From Squalus acanthias (lineage: Eukaryota): a DNA stretch of 60,000 nt. The notes beneath the pieces were generated by a model, which was not told the DNA's origin, did no database searches, and saw only the letters and a program-made list of their open reading frames with translations. Of this stretch, positions 35,993 to 46,451 are shown piece by piece. Location: assembly GCA_030390025.1 (NCBI GenBank), contig CM059432.1:71488001-71548000 (forward strand), given 5' to 3'. Both the position numbers and the translations under genes were made by a program. The number at the start of each line of letters is the position of its first letter. Within the stretch, counting starts at the first letter, position 1.

Positions 35993-38112
35993 TTAATTCC
36001 CTGTGTCATCATTTTTGATGCAAGCCCCTTATGTGGTACCTTGTAAAATGCTTTTGAAAATCTACATAAACCATTACATTTTCTTTATCTAAGATCTTTG
36101 TTTCTTCAAATAATTTTATAAGGTTAGTCAAGCATGCCCTACTTTTTAGAAATCTGTGCTGATCTGTGCATTATTAGCTCATGTTTCTCCAATTGCTTAG
36201 ATATTAATCCTGTATTAAAATATCTATTAGTTTATATCCAATAGTTTACCAACAACTGAAGCAAGACTAACTAGCCTATAAGTTCCTGCTTTATCCCTGT
36301 CTCCTTTTTTGAACACGGCTGTCACATTTGTTACACTCCTGTCTTCTGGCACAGTTTTCCTTTCTACAAAAATTTAGCACAGATCCTGCGCTATTTATTC
36401 CTGAGCTTCCCTCAGGATCCTCAGATATAAACCATCAGATCAATCCCAGTGATTTGGCCAGGTGTTTTGATTTTAATAGTTTGCTTTCAATCTCATCATG
36501 CAGAACAACAAAAAAGAATAATTTGGCAGATGACATTTTGTCCTGAGTTTGAGGAGAGGAAGAAATTGTCCATGTGGCTTCTATTTTACTGAATTGTACA
36601 TGGGTCTTCTGTTTGTGAAAGCAATGGTGGGAGAGGAGTCAGTACATGTGGTTGGATAAGAGAATTATTGTGTCTGCAATGGGCTGTGGAGGATGATGGG
36701 CAACAGAAGAGTGTGTTGAGTTATTGCATTAATATTTACAGCAAAAAAGTATGGGCGATGCATGGCAAGCAGAAACTCAGCAGGCGGGGAGTTAAAAATG
36801 CCCAGGAGACTTGCCCACTGGCATCCTGCTCCCTTCCTGCAGTCTTCAAATTTAACCTGCTCTTCTGAGCAGACAGAAAGGATACCAACCAGAAACCAAT
36901 AGGGTCCTTCTTTAAATATGCAGCTCGGGGTCCAATGACCCCCAAGGAGATCACTTCGCACAAAAAGTATGTACTGTATCACATTAATCAGGGCCACAGT
37001 GGTCTCCTGGATTAGTTTTGATCAAATAAGGGGGTCAGAGAGGAATTTTACAGATTTCCTTTCCCAAACTGGCCTGGGTTTTCCGCCTCTCTCAAGAGAC
37101 ACATGCCTTTTGGATGGGGTAGGAGTGTATATATTGTGATACACAAAGCATCACAGTTGTGTGGGACAGACTGGATGGACCAGAGGGTCATTCCCTGTCT
37201 GTCATCGTTCATATGTTCATATTTCATTGGGGCTCGTCTGCTATTTCAATGGGTGCCCTGAGCGGGGAAGCCATTGCAACTTTTCCGTCAAGTGAAGCTA
37301 GTGGGTAGAACTATTTTTAACTTTCTTTGTGGGGCCAAGAGGAGCAGGAGTGCCCCGGGCTTAGCCCCTCCTGTTTGAAAGGCCCTCCCAAACCCTCTCC
37401 TGGTGAATTATCTGAGTGCTGGGGACAGTTCCTTTGGTCACCAGCGATGGCATCCTGTTACCTGACATTCCGCTCCCACCCGTCAGCCAGCTGCCACTTC
37501 CCATCGTTTCAGGTGGGCATCTGACCAGGGGCATGCAAATAAGGCCTGGAGTTAAAATTGCCTCACACTGCTGATGGTCTCCACCTGCCCACCCAAAGTT
37601 AAAATCAGGACTGCACAGTTGGGGCTCAGTTATTTGGATATGTTATGACTCAAAGGGTGTCTACACCTTTGAAATGACCATAATTTTGAAGTATCATTTT
37701 TTATAACAGAGGATGACAGCTAATCTTTTTTTTGGCGGGGGTGGGTGGTAGAGGGGCAGGCTTTACTGGTCTAGGGCCCAAGTCCAGATGCCTTAATCCA
37801 GCTATCCTCCACTGTGCTCAGAAGATTAGAACTCAATGTCATTTCTCAAAACAATTTGCCTTCCTGAAGCAACTACATAGGAACAGGAGTAGGCCATTCA
37901 GTCCCTCGAGCCTGTCCTGCCACTCAATTAGATTATGACTGATCTCCAGTAAACTCCATTTACCGCCTTGGTTCCATATCCTTTAATACCGTTACCTAAC
38001 CAAAATTTATCAATCTCAGTTCGCTGTGCCCAGGCGATTCAGTGTGCCTAGGTGCAGAACCAGGAGAGTTTCTCTCTCTTAGTTACTTACATGGCTTGTA
38101 AGTAAAGATCTG

Positions 38113-38815
38113 GGGGGAGAAATTGGGTACCTTAGCACCTCGACTTACCGCCCAGGCGCGACATTGCTGCCGACTCCCATTAAATTCAGTGGTAGTTTAG
38201 TGGCGGCGGTAACCAGTAGCGCCCCGCTCTGCTGTGCAGGCGATGACAATGTCATCACCGTGCGCAGCACCCCGTTTTTGCCCCACCTGGAAAATTGTCC
38301 CACGCCCCCTGAATCTGCGCCGGGTGATGACAGGACCGATTCAGGGGTGGGAATGGAGCAGCAGGAGGCTCGCGGGGCGGTAACTAAAGGGGAGGTGGCG
38401 GGCGGGGAAAGAAAATCAGCCGACTTACTTGTCGCGGCCTGTTGCGTCTTTGAACGCGGGGTCCTTGCTGCGATCTGGCTCCTCTTGAGTGCCAGGCTGC
38501 TGGCACGGCACCCCGCTCCCCGGTGGTCCAGGTAGGGCCCCGCAGAGTTGTGGGCTTCGGCCCTCCCCTTTAATGAGGGGAAGAGCCCGTCCCTACGGCA
38601 GCGCTACATGGCCCAGTGCGCAGCGCTGCAGAACGCTGTATATTCGGGGTTATCACGTTAAGAAGGAAGTGGAGTTCTTGAATTAGCGCTCTACCTCCCT
38701 CTTGGGGCGCTAAAACTGAATTTCGCGGTCGCCAGCGTTAATTAATGCCGGGCGCTAAAGTTAGCACCCAGGAGATGTTAGCGCCCCAAAATAGTCGATA
38801 CCGAATATTTCCCCC
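38113..38815. mobile_element. GC-rich Harbinger-type MITE (703 bp)
   Basis: TIR GGGGGAGAAATT / AATATTTCCCCC, TSD CTG, TAGCGC motifs. Related to 43439-44165 in the opposite orientation. Confidence 0.85.
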
Positions 38816-39486
38816 CTGGGATATAACAAAACAAGTTTACTTTTGGAGATAACTGTAGAGGTAACAGAAAACGTTTTATGTTGGATAAATATTGGCCCAT
38901 ATATTCTGATCCCTATGGGTGTGTACGCGTTGTGTACACACCCGTAGGGACATCGGAAATGCCCGTTTCAGGCATGCGAAGCGCATGCACTGAAAACAGG
39001 CATTTCTGATCTGTCAAGAATGCTCTTGACAGATCGGACATCTGCCCTAAAGAAGGGCCTCTGTGGGCAGAGAGTTCCGCTTTCTGCAGATTCTCCGCCC
39101 GCAGAAAACCTTTAGAAATCTTACGCCTGGTAAAAGCAGTTGAAAAAAAGTAAAAAAAATATTTTTTTTTCACTCATTTATAATTTTAAAATAGTTTTTA
39201 AAAAGGTAAGTTTATTTTTAGCCCCGTAAAAAACTTTAATTACTTTTTCCAAAAAATTAAATTTTTGTTTCAAATATTTAATTTAATGTAATTTTAACTC
39301 ATTTTAAAAACGTGTTTTAGTGTCTTTTTGGGGTGATTTGATAGGTCTATCTGTCAAAAGTATGAAGGGAGATTCCCTTCTCCTATTACGATAGCAAAAT
39401 ACTGCAGATGCTGGAAATCCGAAATAACAACAGAAAACGCTGGAAAAACTCAGCAGGCCAGGCAGCATCCGTGGAGAGAGAAAGAG

Positions 39487-39523
39487 AGTTGACGTTTCAG
39501 GTCGATGACCTTTCATCAGAACT
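39487..39523 (-). ncRNA. Minimal type I hammerhead ribozyme (inverted-arm copy)
   Basis: Exact reverse complement of 41951-41987. Confidence 0.85.
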
Positions 39524-40314
39524 GGGAAGAGCTGGAAATCAAATAGATTTAAGGCCAGGGTAAAGCTGGGAAAAGGGGGAGGGGATAAAGGAACAAAGGA
39601 GGAGATGAAGAGACATTAAGAGACATTAAGAGATATGCAAGGCTAGAGGTGGTGTTAATGTGACAGATTAAGGCTGAATGAAGTGTGAAATCTACTGGCA
39701 GAATGAAGGACAGCTGCCAGCTTCTAGGAGGAAAAAAAAGGGTGGGGGGGACAAATAAAAGGGTGGATAAAATAAAATATAAATGTGATTGGAGCTGAGG
39801 TTATGATCTAAAATTGTTGAACTCGATATTGAGTCCAGAGGGCTGTAGCGTGCCTAAACGAAAGATGAGGTGCTGTTCCTCGAGCTTACGCTGAGCTTCC
39901 GTGGAACAGTGTATTAGGCCGAGGACGGTGAGGTCAGAGTGGGAGTGAAGCGGTGAATTAAAGTGACAGGCCACCGGGAGCTCGGGGTCCCCCTTACGGA
40001 CTGAACGGAGGTGTTCCGCAAAGCGGTCACCCAATCTGCGTTTGGTCTCCCCAATGTAGAGGAGTCCACATCGTGAGCAGCGAATACAGTATACTAAATT
40101 GCAGGAAGTACAAGTAAATCGCTGTTTCACCTGGAAGGGGTGTTTGGGGCCCTGGACAGTGGGAAGAGGGGAGGTATAAGGGCATGTGTTGCATCTCCTG
40201 CGCGTGCACGGGAAGGTGCCGGGCGAAGGGGAAGGGGTGCTGGGGGTGGTAGAGGAGTGGACTAGGGTGTCGCGGAGGGAGTGGTCCCTGCGGAATGCTG
40301 AAAGGGGAGGTGAG

Positions 40315-41673
40315 GTACAATCCCTCTACACCTCCATTCCCCACCAGGATGGCCTGAGGGCGCTCCGCTTCTTCCTTGAACAGAGGCCCAACCAGTCCCC
40401 ATCCACCACCACCCTCCTCCGCCTGGCTGAACTTGTTCTCACATTGAACAACTTCTCCTTTGACTCTACCCATTTCCTCCAAATTAAAGGTGTTGCTATG
40501 GGTACCCGCATGGGTCCTAGCTATGCCTGCCTTTTCGTGGGATATGTGGAACACTCTTTGTTCCAGTCCTACTCGGGTCCCCTCCCTCACCTCTTTTTCC
40601 GGTACATTGATGACTGTATCGGTGCCGTCTCCTGCTCTCGCCCTGAACTAGAACATTTCATTCACTATGCTTCCAATTTCCACCCTTCCCTCACCTTCAC
40701 ATGGTCCATCTCCGACTCTTCTCTTCCCTTCCTCGACTTCTCCATCTCCATCTCTGGGGATAGGTTATTGACTAACATTCACTACAAGCCCACCGACTCC
40801 CACAGCTACCTGGACTACACTTCCTCCCACCCCGCCTCCTGTAAGGACTCTATTCCATTCTCCCAGTTTCTCCGTCTCCGCCGCATCTGCTCTGATGATG
40901 CCACCTTCCATACCAGTGCTTCCGACATGTCTTCCTTTTTCCTCAACCGAGGATTCCCCTCTACCGTGGTCGACACGGCCCTCGACCGTGTCCGTTCTAT
41001 CTCCCGCACATCTGCCCTCACCCCTGCCCCTCCCTCCCGGAACCACGATAGGGTTCCCCTTGTCCTCACCTTTCACCCCACCAGCCTCCACATTCAACGG
41101 ATCATCCTCCGCCATTTCCGCCACCTCCAGCGTGATCCCACCACCAAACACATCTTCCCCTCACCTCCCCTTTCAGCATTCCGCAGGGACCACTCCCTCC
41201 GCGACACCCTAGTCCACTCCTCTACCACCCCCAGCACCCCTTCCCCTTCGCCCGGCACCTTCCCGTGCACGCGCAGGAGATGCAACACATGCCCTTATAC
41301 CTCCCCTCTTCCCACTGTCCAGGGCCCCAAACACCCCTTCCAGGTGAAACAGCGATTTACTTGTACTTCCTGCAATTTAGTATACTGTATTCGCTGCTCA
41401 CGATGTGGACTCCTCTACATTGGGGAGACCAAACGCAGATTGGGTGACCGCTTTGCGGAACACCTCCGTTCAGTCCGTAAGGGGGACCCCGAGCTCCCGG
41501 TGGCCTGTCACTTTAATTCACCGCTTCACTCCCACTCTGACCTCACCGTCCTCGGCCTAATACACTGTTCCACGGAAGCTCAGCGTAAGCTCGAGGAACA
41601 GCACCTCATCTTTCGTTTAGGCACGCTACAGCCCTCTGGACTCAATATCGAGTTCAACAATTTTAGATCATAA
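40315..41673 (+). CDS. 5'-truncated but uninterrupted PLE reverse transcriptase + Cys-rich linker + GIY-YIG endonuclease
   Basis: VQSLYTSIP, GVAMGTRMGPSYA, RYIDD, PFLD, YKPT, C..RRCNTC, VYCIRC..CGLLYIGETKR..R..EH, E, GLN. The ORF track's first 43 aa come from the inverted arm. Confidence 0.95.
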   Translation, partial: VQSLYTSIPHQDGLRALRFFLEQRPNQSPSTTTLLRLAELVLTLNNFSFDSTHFLQIKGVAMGTRMGPSYACLFVGYVEHSLFQSYSGPLPHLFFRYIDDCIGAVSCSRPELEHFIHYASNFHPSLTFTWSISDSSLPFLDFSISISGDRLLTNIHYKPTDSHSYLDYTSSHPASCKDSIPFSQFLRLRRICSDDATFHTSASDMSSFFLNRGFPSTVVDTALDRVRSISRTSALTPAPPSRNHDRVPLVLTFHPTSLHIQRIILRHFRHLQRDPTTKHIFPSPPLSAFRRDHSLRDTLVHSSTTPSTPSPSPGTFPCTRRRCNTCPYTSPLPTVQGPKHPFQVKQRFTCTSCNLVYCIRCSRCGLLYIGETKRRLGDRFAEHLRSVRKGDPELPVACHFNSPLHSHSDLTVLGLIHCSTEAQRKLEEQHLIFRLGTLQPSGLNIEFNNFRS

Positions 41674-41950
41674 CCTCAGCTCCAATCACATTTATATTTT
41701 ATTTTATCCACCCTTTTATTTGTCCCCCCCACCCTTTTTTTTCCTCCTAGAAGCTGGCAGCTGTCCTTCATTCTGCCAGTAGATTTCACACTTCATTCAG
41801 CCTTAATCTGTCACATTAACACCACCTCTAGCCTTGCATATCTCTTAATGTCTCTTAATGTCTCTTCATCTCCTCCTTTGTTCCTTTATCCCCTCCCCCT
41901 TTTCCCAGCTTTACCCTGGCCTTAAATCTATTTGATTTCCAGCTCTTCCC

Positions 41951-41987
41951 AGTTCTGATGAAAGGTCATCGACCTGAAACGTCAACT
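41951..41987 (+). ncRNA. Minimal type I hammerhead ribozyme in the PLE pLTR
   Basis: AGUU-CUGAUGA-A-AGGUC-AUC-GACCU-GAAAC-GUC-AACU. Predicted cleavage after GUC at 41983. Confidence 0.87.
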
Positions 41988-42959
41988 CTCTTTCTCTCTC
42001 CACGGATGCTGCCTGGCCTGCTGAGTTTTTCCAGCGTTTTCTGTTGTTATTTCCCTTCTCCTATTGGCTGGCCTGGCCCACGTGATCCCAGGGACGCTTG
42101 TGAACTGCATGCGCCCCTGGGATACGTGGGCCCTGCGCATTTCGACTGTGGAGAGGCCCAGGAGCGGAAGTGTCCGGACCTCGGAACCCCTCAGGTAAGT
42201 TCGTAGATTTTTTTCCGATAGGAGACATCCGCACGCAGGAAGCCTCCTATCGGAAATTACGGGCCCACTAAGTTAGCAGAAAGACAAAATTCCAACAAAG
42301 TGTTCCCATCAATCCCCAATTACCATTATCGTGCTACTAATATGAGGTTGTAAAGTGCAGAACACTTCGTGCTGCATTTTGCTAGATGTTCTCATAAAAC
42401 CTAATGTATAGTTATAATAAAACTGGAGATTAGCATTTGAGCAGCATCCTTTTGTATATGGAGCGTTACACCACTGCGTATAGTACAAGAAATCTCATTA
42501 AACTTCTTGACAATATATTCACTTTATTTCAGTAGAAAGATCACATCCACTGTATTATTAATATTACCCATGTTTATGACCCATAAAACTACGGATGATT
42601 TTCCTGGCTCTGCACCCAGGCACACTGGATCGTCTGGGCACAGTGAATATCAGAAAATCGGGTGGGTCGGAGCACATGTCTTTAAAGTTTGAATCGCGAG
42701 TAAAAAATATTTTTGCATTTTCAATTACATTTTGCTGCATTTTTGCCACAAGCATTAGTTGGTTTTCCTGGGTAGACTGCCATTTTTGACTTTTTAAAAT
42801 ACTTTTCTTCATTATTCTTGGTCATTGCTGCCATTTAAATAGCACCATACAAAGTGACGAGGATGGGAATTCCTTTGAGGGTCCCCATTGCACTACATAA
42901 TTTATTTGAGGAAGACAATTTCACGAGTGGACAAAAAAGTCAGAGGTAATGACATCTGA

Positions 42960-44220
42960 GGCCTTTTGTTAGCCCCCATCACTACACAGGCGCAGCATTT
43001 CTAGACCCCTCTACACATAACTAGTCATTTCAGAGGAGACCTGCCTTCACTGCCTCCACTTCACAAAGCAAGCTGTCACTGAGGTGTACCATCTGCTGCA
43101 GGGTAACCATCAGGCAATATTTGGAACTGGAATGGTTCTTCTTGCAGAAGTGACGGTGAACTGGACCCTTCACATCACCACGGGAAACATCTGCCACATC
43201 AGGCAGTCTACAGTGCACGTATGTATCAAGGAAGTGACAAATGGTATGTTTTCAAGGGACAACGCCTTCATCATATTCTCAGTGGAAATTAAGGCGTCAG
43301 CTGGACAGGGCACAGAGCTTTACCTGAGTGGCAGGGTTCCCTCACAGATGCAAGGCATCAAAGACGCTACCTCTCTGGTTATCAGAGCTGCCCATTTCAA
43401 TCCATGACCAATGTGAACAGGAAGGGTTTGCACACAATGGGCTAAAAATTGAGTCGCGCTCCATTTGGGGCGCTAACTTCGCCAGGGCGCTACTTTTAGC
43501 GCCCCGGAAAAATTAGCGCCCCCACGACCGAAATTGAGTGGTAGTGCCCCAAGAGGGAAGCGGGGCGCTACTGGAAGCGCCCCGCCTCCCTCTTGGGGCG
43601 CTGTGAGGGAATATCGCGGCGCTACGTGCCGTGGTATTGCAGGCCTTCCTCCCCTTCTTAAAGGGGAGGGGCCTTGCGCAGCGCGACCCGGGGCCCAGCT
43701 GGGCCCCCGGGTATCGGGAGTGCCGGCAAAAGAGCCCGGCACTCAAGAGAAGTGCCGGGCTCATGGAGCGCAGCCAGCACTCCGCGGGGACGCGGGTAAG
43801 GAGGCCGGGGACGGGAGCGGAGGCAGGTGCTGGCAGGTGGCCAGCAACAAAAATGGCCGCCCAGCACCTCGCCTTTAAATAGCGCCACCCCGGCCGCAGG
43901 TAGGCCCCCTGACCCCATCGGACATAGAGTGCGGCGGTAAGTCGGGGGCGCTATCGAAGATCGCGGCCGGGGCGCTGCGCACGGTGATGATGTCATCGCC
44001 GGAGGCACAGCGCCACGGGGCACTAATGGTTAGCGCCGCTGCTAACCTCCTGCTGAATTTCATGAGGCATTGGCGGCGCCGCACCCGGGCGCTAGTTGCT
44101 TTGCGCCCCATTAGCGCCCTCTTGGGGCGCTAATGGGAGGCGCAAAGCAACCAAACTTTTCCCCCAATTAATTTTCAGGTGGTATCTGACCACAGAAGCA
44201 TCATTATGCACATCAATAGC
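42960..44220 (+). pseudogene. Very old Harbinger transposase fragment split by a MITE
   Basis: ICHIRQSTVHVCIKEVT. Joining across the MITE gives RKGLHTINFQVVSDHRSIIMHIN. Confidence 0.7.
43439..44165. mobile_element. GC-rich Harbinger-type MITE (727 bp)
   Basis: TIR GGGCTAAAAATT / AACTTTTCCCCC, TSD AAT (43436-43438, 44166-44168). Terminal similarity to the 893-bp family. Confidence 0.88.
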
Positions 44221-46451
44221 TGCTTTGACAGAATCTTGGCTTATAGGTGGTGATGCCTTGCCAATTACTGAAGCCTCCCTGCCTGGCTATACCATATTTC
44301 CACTCAGAAGTTTGCCCAGCAGAAGACCCATGCCACTTAGGCAAGGTACATGAAGGTATTTGGTGCTCAAAGACCTGTATCCCATGAGTCAGTACTTTCA
44401 GGAGAGGAAGAAAATTGGATGAAAAACAAGCAAAAAAAGAAAGTACAGTGGAGAAGAGAAATGTTACTGGTAAGAAGTCCTAATGAAATCGCTTCAGGTC
44501 CATTAACACATTTAAATAAGTACGGTTCTTGAGGGGAAACCCTGATCATGCACAAACAAATCAAAGTGACGTGAGGAACGCCAATCTTCCTCCAGCTTGC
44601 TTATTTTTGCTCATAATTAATTAAATATGCGTACAATATAATTATCTTCTCCCTCAGCCACCGATGAGCAAACTGTTGTCAATTGCCCTGGAATCCAAGC
44701 AGATTCATTTAAGGTGATGATCATGCATCATCAAAGTAATCCTTCAAACTCACATTTAGATTTTTCTCATTATTGGAAAAGTAGCATTGTTTTTGTTATC
44801 CCAGTCCATCCAAGTATGAGGGCTTGGCATGGGGTGAGGAATAGATGTAGGACAGCCAACTTTTTGTAGCAAGTAACCTATTGGCCATCTATGAGATATA
44901 TGGCATAGTTGGGAATTGCTTCCTTGCCAGATTCTTCTGCATTTTGTTTTCTTCCCTATCTAGTCCCAGGTCCTGTAGTTATCAACTTCCGTTATCATTT
45001 TGAGCACCTCAATTACATCATCCCTCAACTTTGTAAACATCAGGGGAATACAAGCCAAAATTATGAAACATGTCCACATAATTTAACCCTTTCAGCCCTG
45101 GTTTCATTCTGGTAAATCTGGTACCCTCTCCAAGGCCAAGATTGTCCTGAAGTGCCAAATTGAGGAATCCCCCTCACAACCACCTCATGCAGCTGCTGCA
45201 TGTCTGTTTAGCCATCCCCGAAACAGGGGAGCGGCTGATCTACCACTCATTCCCCTGCTCACATTATCAGTTTTGTGTCTCCACAATAGATTCCCTTTAT
45301 ATCTGCCTTTTACTTCTCCTCTTGCCCCATCCACCATTCCCTCCCCACCCACCCGCGCCCCCCCCCCCCCTACCCCCGACCCACCATCTTGTCCAAGACT
45401 CACAAATATGTCAAACTGATTTTGAAGTTTGATAAAGCTGAAATAAACATAGGCTCTCACCTTTAATTTTCTCAGTTTAGCCAGAAATTCCTGGCTCCAT
45501 TGGGGAGACTCTCTGCACAAGGGCAAAGCTGCATTGAAACCTAGGTGTAAATATTCTATGCGCTGGAACAAAAAATTCAGAGCAGTCAAGGACTTCTAGA
45601 CTGGGAAATTGTGTGCAGACAAAGCAGCACAAACACCTCTCTTGCCCTGGAAGTGAAATTTCAGGCCCTTAGGTTAAGTACAATCCAGACTAAATAACGA
45701 TATAACAACAATTTGCATTTATATAGCTCCTATAATGTAGTAAAACATCCCAAGGCACTTCACAGGAGCGGAATCCGCCTATAAATTGACATCGAGCCAA
45801 ACATTAGGGTAAATGACCAAAAGCTTGGTCGAAGGGATAGATTTTAAGAAGCATCTTAAAGGAGGAGAGGTAGAGAGGCACAGAGGTTTAATGAGGGAAT
45901 TCCAGAGCTTAGGACCTAGCTGGCTTAAGGCATGGTAACCAATGATGGGGTGAAGGAAGTGGGAGTAGCATAAGAGGCCAGAGTTGGATGAACTCAGAGT
46001 TCTCAGAGCATTGTAAGGCGGTGGGAGGTTACAGAGATAGGGAGGAGTGAGGCCATGGAGGGATTTGAACAACAGGATGAGAATATTGAAGTTGAGGCGT
46101 TGCTGGACTGGGAGCCAATATAGGTCAGCGAGCATAGGAGTGATGGGTGAATGGGACCTGGTGCTAGTTAGGATATGGGCTGCAGAGTTTTGGATGAGCT
46201 TAAGTTTATGAAGAGTGGAAGATAGGAGGCCAGCCAGGAGAGCATTGGAATAGTCAAGTGTAGAGGTAACAAAAGCAAGCATGAGGGTTTCAGCAGCAGA
46301 AGAGCTGAGGCAGGGGTGGAGATGGGCTATACTATGGAAGTGGAAGTCGGCGATCTTTATGATGGAGATGATATTGGATCAGTAGCTCAGCTCAGGGTCA
46401 AATAGGACATCGAGGTTGTGAACAGTCTGGTTCAGCAGTAAAAGTTTCTCT

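Larger units (their letters stand above)
35455..36400 (-). mobile_element. Decayed CR1 RT fragment (host of the mini hammerhead element)
   Basis: KQRVVLKGSF.DW..VSGVPQRSVMG...IYIND, DFQKHF.KVPH. Confidence 0.75.
39388..42053 (+). mobile_element. Young Penelope-like element (Neptune-like) with an inverted duplication of its 3' part
   Basis: 895-bp inverted arms (39421-40315, 41159-42053), 33-nt tail (39388-39420), 15-bp TSD TTCCCTTCTCCTATT (39373-39387, 42051-42065). Confidence 0.95.
38893..42266. mobile_element. MITE split by the Penelope insertion
   Basis: Ends TGGCCCATATATT / AATTACGGGCCC. An uninterrupted paralog lies at 15270-15810. Confidence 0.8.

Noticed and set aside
38113..38815. 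CpG-island host promoter (also 43439-44165)
   Set aside because: The GC-rich blocks are bounded exactly by TIRs and TSDs, so they are MITEs.
40186..40314. Apparent N-terminus of the 495-aa ORF
   Set aside because: It is antisense sequence from the inverted arm. Real RT sequence starts at ~40315.
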